A stretch of 64,000 nt of DNA, taken from Minisyncoccota bacterium. GTDB lineage: Bacteria > Patescibacteriota > Minisyncoccia > Phycocordibacterales > UBA9973. The stretch is taken from assembly GCA_041675085.1 (NCBI GenBank), contig JBAYUN010000004.1, forward strand, positions 2,032 through 66,031, read 5' to 3'. The position numbers were made by a program, and so were the translations under genes. The notes beneath the pieces are model-generated. The model ran no database searches. It saw nothing but the letters and a program-made list of their open reading frames with translations, and was not told the origin of the DNA. Below, in pieces: positions 57,344 to 64,000 of this stretch; within the stretch, counting starts at the first letter, position 1; each line of letters starts with the position of its first letter.

Positions 57344-58729
57344 CTATCTAAAGTTGATAACGTTACCGTTCTCAAGAATGATAGCCCCTTCAGGACAGCC
57401 TAATAAGAAATTGGCATAAGCACGAGTAGTTTTGTATGTATAACCCGTAGCTTCGGAAATTACCCAAGGAATTAGCACGTATTGTCTGTATTTAGTTTGG
57501 AATGCACGAATTGCTATTTCAGTATTGCCTCCATACAGGCCGTCTAAAACTAAATTAAAGCCTTCGTATTTGTTCAAAAATGCTTGCCACAATCTAACTT
57601 CTTGAGGATCATTGTTGATATCACCTTTTTTCAAATATTTAGTAAAGACAGGACAAGCTCTTTGGGTATTATCAATAGGAGAATTTACAAAAACTGTATT
57701 GTTGTTATTTATTGGCGGATTCTGAACTTGGATTTGTTGTTGGACTGGTACATACACAGAATTAGATGAAGTACCATTCGGTCCAGTACAAGTCAGGATA
57801 AAGGTTGTAGAAGCAGTCATGTTGCCAATAGTTTGATTGCCGCTATTTGCACTCTTCTCTCCTGTCCAACCATTACTTGCAACACAGCTTGTAGCATCAG
57901 TCACATTCCAATTTAGAGTGACGATACCTCCGTATGGTGTAGGTATAGGAGAAGCATTTAAGAAGACTGCAGGTGGATTTGATATTGGTTGAGACACAGG
58001 CACATATACAGAAGCATTAGAGCTACCTCCAGGACCCGTACAAGTCAAAACGAAAGTAGTACTAGCACTCATATTACCAATAGATTGATAACCACCATTT
58101 GCGTTTTTGGTACCAGTCCAACCATTACTTGCAATACAGTTTGTAGCATTACTGATATTCCAACTTAGGTTAGTAACTCCATTATAGGGAGAAGGATTTG
58201 GAGATGCTGATAGAGATATTTGAGGTGGATTTTGAGGCTGAGCAACATCAGTAGGAGGATTTATCGGAGGGTATGAAACTGGTGGTGTTCCAGATTGAAT
58301 ACACTCTAGAGAAGTAGTAACTCTAATATAGTCCCCTTGCTCGTAGTATTTAGATCTTTTCCAATTTGTAATAGTTTCTACTTTATAATCCCTAATACCT
58401 ATTGTTTGTGGATACCATTTTTGACAATAAGTAAGCTTATCTAAATCAGCTCCACTAACGCCATCCGGATCTGGTCTCCAGAATCCAGCAGGATCTACGT
58501 GCTGATTCACTTTACCCCACCAGTACGCAATACGAGGAGTTGTATCATTACTAGATACTAAAGGCAGAGAAACTTGAGAAGCAGGATTTACCAGATTGCT
58601 AAATTTATCGGCCACGTTATTAAATACACTTGCTAGACTTAATTCTCCAGGACTTTTCAAGACAACAAAACCTACTAATAAAACTCCGAAAATCAAAGAG
58701 AAGAGTGCTACATTTTTTTTAATCAACAT
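57344..58729 (-). CDS. Secreted protein: YWWGKVNQH..LTYCQKWYP domain, two Ig-like repeat domains, C-terminal PG_binding_1-like domain
   Basis: PRIAYWWGKVNQHVDPAGFWRPDPDGVSGADLDKLTYCQKWYP; two near-identical modules of about 75 aa (SPNPSPYNG..TCTGPGG / SPIPTPYGG..TCTGPNG); the C-terminus reads LYGGNTEIAIRAFQ. Confidence 0.75.
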   Translation of the reverse strand: MLIKKNVALFSLIFGVLLVGFVVLKSPGELSLASVFNNVADKFSNLVNPASQVSLPLVSSNDTTPRIAYWWGKVNQHVDPAGFWRPDPDGVSGADLDKLTYCQKWYPQTIGIRDYKVETITNWKRSKYYEQGDYIRVTTSLECIQSGTPPVSYPPINPPTDVAQPQNPPQISLSASPNPSPYNGVTNLSWNISNATNCIASNGWTGTKNANGGYQSIGNMSASTTFVLTCTGPGGSSNASVYVPVSQPISNPPAVFLNASPIPTPYGGIVTLNWNVTDATSCVASNGWTGEKSANSGNQTIGNMTASTTFILTCTGPNGTSSNSVYVPVQQQIQVQNPPINNNNTVFVNSPIDNTQRACPVFTKYLKKGDINNDPQEVRLWQAFLNKYEGFNLVLDGLYGGNTEIAIRAFQTKYRQYVLIPWVISEATGYTYKTTRAYANFLLGCPEGAIILENGNVINFR

Positions 58730-58792
58730 TTAGATATTATAACAAAAAAACATCCAAAGGTGTACTTTGGATGTTTTTTGAATTTATTATAT

Positions 58793-60064
58793 TTAGTATT
58801 CTCTCATTGAGAGTTGAGCGTCTATTTTCTTGATCAAATCTAGAACCACAGACACAACGATAAGCAAAGCTGTACCTCCTAAAGCTAGAGCTGCGATACC
58901 AGAAGCAGCTTGCATAATCAAAGGCAATACGGCAATAACACCCAAGAATAAAGCTCCAAATAAAGTAATACGAGTTAGAACTTTAGAGATATAATCTGAA
59001 GTCGATGCACCTGGACGGATACCTGGAACGAAAGCTCCATTCTTTTGTAGATTGGTAGACAAAGCATCTGGATCAAAAGTAACAGCAGTATAGAAGTAAG
59101 TAAACAAGAATACAAAGATAAAATACAATATACCATACAATAATGATGTTTGAGAGAAAGTACTTAGTGATTGTGCTATTTTTGCAATAGTTGGGTTTGA
59201 AGCTCCTGATAGTACATTACCGATGATTTGTGGGAAAAGAAGGATAGACAAAGCAAAGATAATAGGCATAACTCCAGATTGATTTACACGAAGAGGAATA
59301 TAAGTTGAACCTCCACCGTAAACCTTAGTACCACGTACTTGTTTTGCATAAGTTACAGGTATAGGTCTCTCAGCTTCAGTAACATACACAACTCCAGCAA
59401 TAACAAGCAAACTCAAAACTACGAATAATATATAAAGTGGAATTTGAGAAGGATCGAAAGTAAATATAAGTTGACTGACTTGTGTAGGTAGACTAGCTAC
59501 GATACCAGCAAAGATTATGATAGAGACACCATTACCAATACCGAATTCACTCATAAGCTCACCCAACCACATAATAAGCATTGCACCAGCAACAACTATG
59601 ATAAGATTAGTCATTCTCTCAAAAGTAGTTAGTTCTCCTAAGATACTTTGATTTTCTAATATAGCTAAAAGACTAAAACCTTGGATAGCTGCTAGGGGTA
59701 CGGTCAATATTCTTGAGTATTGAGTAAATTTCTTACGTCCAATATCCCCTTCTTCTTGGTACATTCTCTTTAGAGCAGGCACCATAACAGTTAGAAGTTG
59801 CATGATAATAGAACCTGTAATATAAGGTCCTACTCCAAGCATGATTATAGAAAGATTAGAAAGTCCTCCTCCAGAGAAAATATTTAAAATACCGAAAAAT
59901 TGATTGTTTGATAGGAAACGATTTAATTGCAGAGTATCCACTCCCGGAATTGGAATGGAAGAAAGTAATCTAAATATGATAAGTGAACCTAAAACAAACA
60001 GAATTTTATTTCTGATTTGTTTATCAAACATCATCATTTTCATTTTACTTAGAAATTTTTGCAT
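58793..60064 (-). CDS. secY: Preprotein translocase SecY
   Basis: 10-TM SecY pattern, downstream of rplO. Confidence 0.9.
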   Translation of the reverse strand: MQKFLSKMKMMMFDKQIRNKILFVLGSLIIFRLLSSIPIPGVDTLQLNRFLSNNQFFGILNIFSGGGLSNLSIIMLGVGPYITGSIIMQLLTVMVPALKRMYQEEGDIGRKKFTQYSRILTVPLAAIQGFSLLAILENQSILGELTTFERMTNLIIVVAGAMLIMWLGELMSEFGIGNGVSIIIFAGIVASLPTQVSQLIFTFDPSQIPLYILFVVLSLLVIAGVVYVTEAERPIPVTYAKQVRGTKVYGGGSTYIPLRVNQSGVMPIIFALSILLFPQIIGNVLSGASNPTIAKIAQSLSTFSQTSLLYGILYFIFVFLFTYFYTAVTFDPDALSTNLQKNGAFVPGIRPGASTSDYISKVLTRITLFGALFLGVIAVLPLIMQAASGIAALALGGTALLIVVSVVLDLIKKIDAQLSMREY

Positions 60065-60075
60065 AAAAATATTTA

Positions 60076-60513
60076 TTATTCTGATACGGTACCACCTGCC
60101 TTCTCGATCTTAGCTTTAGCAACAGAAGAAACAATAACTTTTGAGAAATCAGCCTTTACAGCAAAATCATTCTTACCAGCTAAAACTTTTACAGCTGGAG
60201 TAAATCCTTTTCTAGTTTTGATAGCTTTAGCTTCAACTAGGATAGTAGGATTAATAGAACCACCTTTTGGGAAGAATTTAGCGATAGTATCAAGAGAGAT
60301 AGCAGTAGGTTCTTTTGCGAAAGAATTAAATCTATAACCACGAAGTTTTGGCAATTTCTTGATTATAACTCTTAATTCTGGGCGGCGCTTGTTACCAGCA
60401 CGAGCTGTTTGCCCCTTGCCTCCTCTTCCCGCAGTTTTGGCGTGCTTACCTCCACGTCCAACGATACGGTCTTTCTTGTTTTTATTTTTTCTTTTTAAAT
60501 CGTGTATTTGCAT
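60076..60513 (-). CDS. rplO: 50S ribosomal protein L15
   Basis: GRGGKHAKTAGRGGKG. Confidence 0.9.
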   Translation of the reverse strand: MQIHDLKRKNKNKKDRIVGRGGKHAKTAGRGGKGQTARAGNKRRPELRVIIKKLPKLRGYRFNSFAKEPTAISLDTIAKFFPKGGSINPTILVEAKAIKTRKGFTPAVKVLAGKNDFAVKADFSKVIVSSVAKAKIEKAGGTVSE

Positions 60514-60524
60514 AAAATTTAATT

Positions 60525-61082
60525 TTATTTTTCTTCTCTAACTACTTCTTTTCCTGCTACGACTGTTACTTCTGGTGTAGCTTTAACGTATTTTGAAGAG
60601 ATTTGAGAAAGTGCAGATATAACTGCTTTTGAGTTGTTTAATTTATTCTTTGTACCACCTAGAACTTTAGCTGTTACGTCTTTAACTCCAGCTAATTTTA
60701 GTATATCACGAACTACTGTTCCTGCTACAAGTCCGCGTCCTTTGTTTGGCATGATTTTTAGAGCAGAACTAGAGAACTTTGCAGAGATTTCATGAGGAAT
60801 AGACATAGACTTAGTTAGATTTAACTTAATCATGTTTTTCTTTGCATTTCTTAATGCTTTATTGATAGCAAGAGCTGTATCTCCAGCTTTACCAAGACCG
60901 AATCCTACGTTGCCTTTTCTGTCTCCAGCGATTAGAGCGACACTAAAAGAGAATCTTCTTCCTCCTGCTACAACACGTGTAACACGACGAATACTAACCA
61001 TCTTTTGATCAAACTCAGGCTTTGGTCTTCCAAAAGAAGAAGTTCTTCTACCGTTATTCTTTTTTTGATTATCTTTATCCAT
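60525..61082 (-). CDS. rpsE: 30S ribosomal protein S5
   Basis: S5 double-stranded RNA-binding domain and C-terminal domain; followed directly by rplO with no rpmD. Confidence 0.9.
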   Translation of the reverse strand: MDKDNQKKNNGRRTSSFGRPKPEFDQKMVSIRRVTRVVAGGRRFSFSVALIAGDRKGNVGFGLGKAGDTALAINKALRNAKKNMIKLNLTKSMSIPHEISAKFSSSALKIMPNKGRGLVAGTVVRDILKLAGVKDVTAKVLGGTKNKLNNSKAVISALSQISSKYVKATPEVTVVAGKEVVREEK

Positions 61083-61093
61083 ATCGAATTTAA

Positions 61094-61435
61094 TTAAAAT
61101 TTAAGCCCACCCTCGCGTGCTTGATCTGCTACTAATTTAATACGTCCTGTATATTTAAAACCGTTTCTATCAAAAACAATTTGTGTGATCTTTTTTGCTA
61201 TAGCTTTTTTAGCGATTTCAGTACCTACGATTTTAGCGCGTTCAGTCTTTGTGCCTTTGTCCATTTTGATATCACTTGCTTCCACTAAAGTTACTCCTTT
61301 TGTGTCGTCAATGATTTGAGCATAGATGAATTTATTAGAACGGAAAACTGAAAGTCTTGGGCGTGTTTCAACACCATTAACCTTTGCTCTAATTTTCTTC
61401 TTTAATCTTATTCTTTTGTCTGTTTTTGTATTCAT
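61094..61435 (-). CDS. rplR: 50S ribosomal protein L18
   Basis: L18 signature. Confidence 0.9.
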   Translation of the reverse strand: MNTKTDKRIRLKKKIRAKVNGVETRPRLSVFRSNKFIYAQIIDDTKGVTLVEASDIKMDKGTKTERAKIVGTEIAKKAIAKKITQIVFDRNGFKYTGRIKLVADQAREGGLKF

Positions 61436-61453
61436 ATTTTTATAAATGAGTTA

Positions 61454-61987
61454 TTATGCAGTTTTCTTACCTTGCTTACGTCTAATAACTTCGTCATGGT
61501 AACGCATACCCTTTCCTTTATATGGTTCTGGTTTCTTTAAAGCACGTACAGAAGCTGTAAAGCTACCTACTAGTTCTTTGTCGATACCTGTGATTGTGAT
61601 GTTGTTCTTTTCAACTACAGCAGTCAAACCTTCTGGTACAGTGACTACTACAGGGTGAGAGAAACCTAAAGCAAAATGAATTTCTTTACCTTTAAGTTCT
61701 GATTTGAAACCGACTCCTTCTAAGATCAATTTCTTTTCGTATGGAGTCTCTACTCCTTTTACCATGTTGATTATATGTGAAGCATAAGTACCCCAAAGAG
61801 AACGAGAGAATTTATCATTTCTTTTGATGTTTAGAGTTACTTTATCGCCTTCGATATTTACTACGATATCATCACGAAATTCTTTAGTTAAAGTTCCTTT
61901 TGGTCCAACCACTTTCAAAATCATACCATCTTTGGTAACGGTAACTCCTTTCGGTATTATTATTTCTTTTTTTCCAATTCTACTCAT
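61454..61987 (-). CDS. rplF: 50S ribosomal protein L6
   Basis: L6 duplicated-domain signature. Confidence 0.9.
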   Translation of the reverse strand: MSRIGKKEIIIPKGVTVTKDGMILKVVGPKGTLTKEFRDDIVVNIEGDKVTLNIKRNDKFSRSLWGTYASHIINMVKGVETPYEKKLILEGVGFKSELKGKEIHFALGFSHPVVVTVPEGLTAVVEKNNITITGIDKELVGSFTASVRALKKPEPYKGKGMRYHDEVIRRKQGKKTA

Positions 61988-62000
61988 AATATTTTATAAA

Positions 62001-62387
62001 TTACCAAACTTTGAATAATGCTTCCCCACCGACTTGTTCTTTTCTAGCTTCTTTACCTGATAGGATTCCTTTTGGTGTTGAAAAAACAAAAATACCAGAA
62101 CCGTTTCTAACTGTGTGAATATCTGCTACACCGTAATAAACACGTCTTGATGGTTTTGAAATTCTTTGAACTTCTGTGATCTTTGGTTTGTTGTTGTTGT
62201 AAATAAGACCTATTTCTATAACAGGCATACCTTTCTTAGTTTTCTTTGAAACACCAGTAACAAAGCCTTCTTTTTGTAAACACAAAGCTATTGCGTACTT
62301 TAATTTTGAATAAGGAATAGCAACAGACTCGTGTCCTACGAGACTTGCATTCTTTATTGTTATTATCATTTGTGAAATTATATCCAT
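62001..62387 (-). CDS. rpsH: 30S ribosomal protein S8
   Basis: S8 signature. Confidence 0.9.
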   Translation of the reverse strand: MDIISQMIITIKNASLVGHESVAIPYSKLKYAIALCLQKEGFVTGVSKKTKKGMPVIEIGLIYNNNKPKITEVQRISKPSRRVYYGVADIHTVRNGSGIFVFSTPKGILSGKEARKEQVGGEALFKVW

Positions 62388-62405
62388 AAAATTTGATCTA
62401 TTTAA

Positions 62406-62591
62406 TTACCAAGAAGATTTACGTACGCCTGGTAAATTACCTTCGTTTGCTTGCTCTCTAAAACAGATACGACATAAGTCGAAATCTCTCATATAACCCT
62501 TTCCGCGACCACAACGAAAACATCGATTCTTTTGACGAGTCGAAAATTTTGGGGTCTTTAGTGATCTTGCTATTACTGATGTTTTTGCCAT
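62406..62591 (-). CDS. rpsZ: 30S ribosomal protein S14 type Z (zinc-binding)
   Basis: C..C..C..C; 61 aa. Confidence 0.9.
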   Translation of the reverse strand: MAKTSVIARSLKTPKFSTRQKNRCFRCGRGKGYMRDFDLCRICFREQANEGNLPGVRKSSW

Positions 62592-62727
62592 ATATAAATA
62601 TCGTCTTTTATCTAAGTGATATCTTGTGTAATTTCTTAAAGCTTCTTAAAAACCTTAAGGAGAAACACAGATCAGTCTTAAATAATGAAGACTTCTATAT
62701 CCTAGCAAATCTATAAAAATAAGTCAA

Positions 62728-62751
62728 CCCTGTCAGCCGCGACTGACGGGG
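62728..62751. repeat. Family-2 palindromic element (ccctgtcagccgcgactgacgggg), followed by a hairpin terminator at 62763-62783
   Basis: Seen directly in the sequence. Confidence 0.65.
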
Positions 62752-62798
62752 TCAAATAAAAAAGAGGTTATGTATTAACCTCTTTGTAATTTAAATTT

Positions 62799-63014
62799 CT
62801 AATTTTTAGGCAAAATTTTTAATCCTAGATGCGCAACCAGATATCCGATTAATAAAAAACCAAAAAACAAGGGCAAGAATCCTGATTCTACATAAAGATT
62901 ATTTAAAAATTCGGCATAACTCCTTATGCATAAAAGTGGATTCATGTCGCTCGCCTGCAAGCACAGAGTAAACCCCAATAAAAAAACAATTAAACCTAGA
63001 AAATTCCGAGCCAT
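62799..63014 (-). CDS. Small membrane peptide (71 aa), low confidence
   Basis: Hydrophobic ORF between two terminators. Confidence 0.3.
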   Translation of the reverse strand: MARNFLGLIVFLLGFTLCLQASDMNPLLCIRSYAEFLNNLYVESGFLPLFFGFLLIGYLVAHLGLKILPKN

Positions 63015-63118
63015 GGTTTTAAATTTTAAAAATGAAAAGAAATATTATTCCAACTCTTTATACCACAAAGTAATTAAAAAAACAAAATCCCTTTTCGGGG
63101 ATTTTTATTTTTATTAGT

Positions 63119-63604
63119 TTATTTACCCAAGAGTATTTCGTGACGAACTTCTTCTTTAAATGATTTCACATCTTGAGAAATACCAGTTATTTGGTCTTGT
63201 AGTCTTGCTTCGGTTTCTAGTAGGTCTGTTTTAGTAGCAAAAGCTTTTAAATCTTCTTTATTAGTCATATTTTCTAAAATATAAGCAGTAGTTTTTGCAA
63301 TTAAATCTACCTTTGTATCTGTTTCTAGCAAATCGGTTTTAGTGGCAAGAGCTTTTAAATCTTCTTTAGTAGCCATATTTTGCTCCAAAGTACTTAAATC
63401 TTCTTTAGTAGCCATATTTTGCTCCAAAGTACTTAAATCTTCTTTGGTGGCCATTTTTTGTTCCAAAGTACTTAAATCTTCTTTGGTCGCCATTTTTTGT
63501 TCCAAAGTACTTAAATCTTCTTTGGTCGCCATTTTTTGTTCCAAAGTAATAAACCTCCTATTTATAGATTCTAGTAATTCTTTATTGGAGATATCTTTTT
63601 CCAT
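63119..63604 (-). CDS. Coiled-coil tandem-repeat protein (TLEQKMATKEDLS x5), paralogue of 15964..16452
   Basis: Five head-to-tail 39-bp DNA repeats at 63356-63550. Confidence 0.6.
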   Translation of the reverse strand: MEKDISNKELLESINRRFITLEQKMATKEDLSTLEQKMATKEDLSTLEQKMATKEDLSTLEQNMATKEDLSTLEQNMATKEDLKALATKTDLLETDTKVDLIAKTTAYILENMTNKEDLKAFATKTDLLETEARLQDQITGISQDVKSFKEEVRHEILLGK

Positions 63605-63645
63605 GCAACTATTATAATATAAAAACTAAATTTGGGTCAACTCTA

Positions 63646-63659
63646 CCAGTCGCGACTGG
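63646..63659. repeat. Family-2 palindromic core ccagtcgcgactgg, with an adjacent terminator hairpin at 63675-63694
   Basis: Seen directly in the sequence. Confidence 0.55.
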
Positions 63660-63715
63660 AGGATAAAATAAAAAAGGCTCTAATTAAAGAGCCTTTTAAA
63701 AAAAATAACTAAAAG

Positions 63716-63985
63716 TTAGACACCTAGTTCTGCTTTAGATTGCAGGATTTTATCTTTAATTGAGATATAATCTTTTTGATTTTCAAATTTAGGATCTAGG
63801 CAAAGACCCATTGAATTATTAACCATCTTAAATTCTTCATCATCAAAAAACAATTTTTCCAAACTAAATGCAGACCAATAATTATCACAAGCTTTATTTT
63901 CAAAAACAAAGTTGAGATCAAAAGCTGAAAAATAACCTTCATCAAGAGCAAAATACTCACTATATAAAATTTGTACTTCTGACAA
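63716..63985 (-). CDS. Hypothetical protein (may continue past the right edge)
   Basis: 89-aa ORF. Confidence 0.3.
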   Translation of the reverse strand: MSEVQILYSEYFALDEGYFSAFDLNFVFENKACDNYWSAFSLEKLFFDDEEFKMVNNSMGLCLDPKFENQKDYISIKDKILQSKAELGV

Positions 63986-64000
63986 TTTTAATTTTTCATC

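Overview
The window is a low-GC (about one-third GC) bacterial segment with strong Candidate Phyla Radiation / Patescibacteria-like hallmarks. Ribosomal protein S5 is followed directly by L15 with no L30 gene. There are many cell-surface proteins with PG_binding_1 domains, a dense set of nucleotide-salvage kinases and Nudix hydrolases, and an archaeal-type UMP kinase. The 5' end of a 23S rRNA lies at the left edge with no 16S upstream. Core genes (all with recognisable motifs) include the rplJ-rplL operon with a structured leader and intergenic region, ftsK, recA, efp, rpsF-ssb-rpsR, cysS, ftsH, ssrA (tmRNA)-smpB, infC-rpmI-rplT, ndk, map, adk, cmk, secY and the S14-S8-L6-L18-S5-L15-SecY segment of the spc operon, which is truncated on both sides. 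The accessory content is concentrated at 6.5-20.1 kb. It holds a giant beta-helix/lipase-like surface protein, a REP-associated tyrosine transposase (RAYT) surrounded by at least seven copies of a nested-palindrome REP element, and a HicAB toxin-antitoxin pair. It also holds a NYN-domain protein, tandem-repeat coiled-coil proteins driven by an identical promoter that predicts leaderless transcripts, and a 1.1-kaa Ser/Thr-rich surface protein. A modular REP + hairpin + terminator + promoter cassette is reiterated three times in this island. Other notable items are a second palindromic repeat family (GTCAGTCGCGACTGAC), CTAG-rich 10-11-bp-phased direct repeats flanking a winged-helix protein gene, and an IS481-like insertion sequence directly downstream of an orphan histidine kinase. 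There is also a tRNA with anticodon UAU, a TraD/VirD4-like soluble ATPase, and an unannotated approximately 60-aa domain (YWWGKVNQH...DPDG.SGA...LTYCQKWYP) present three times in two peptidoglycan-binding proteins. No CRISPR array was found.
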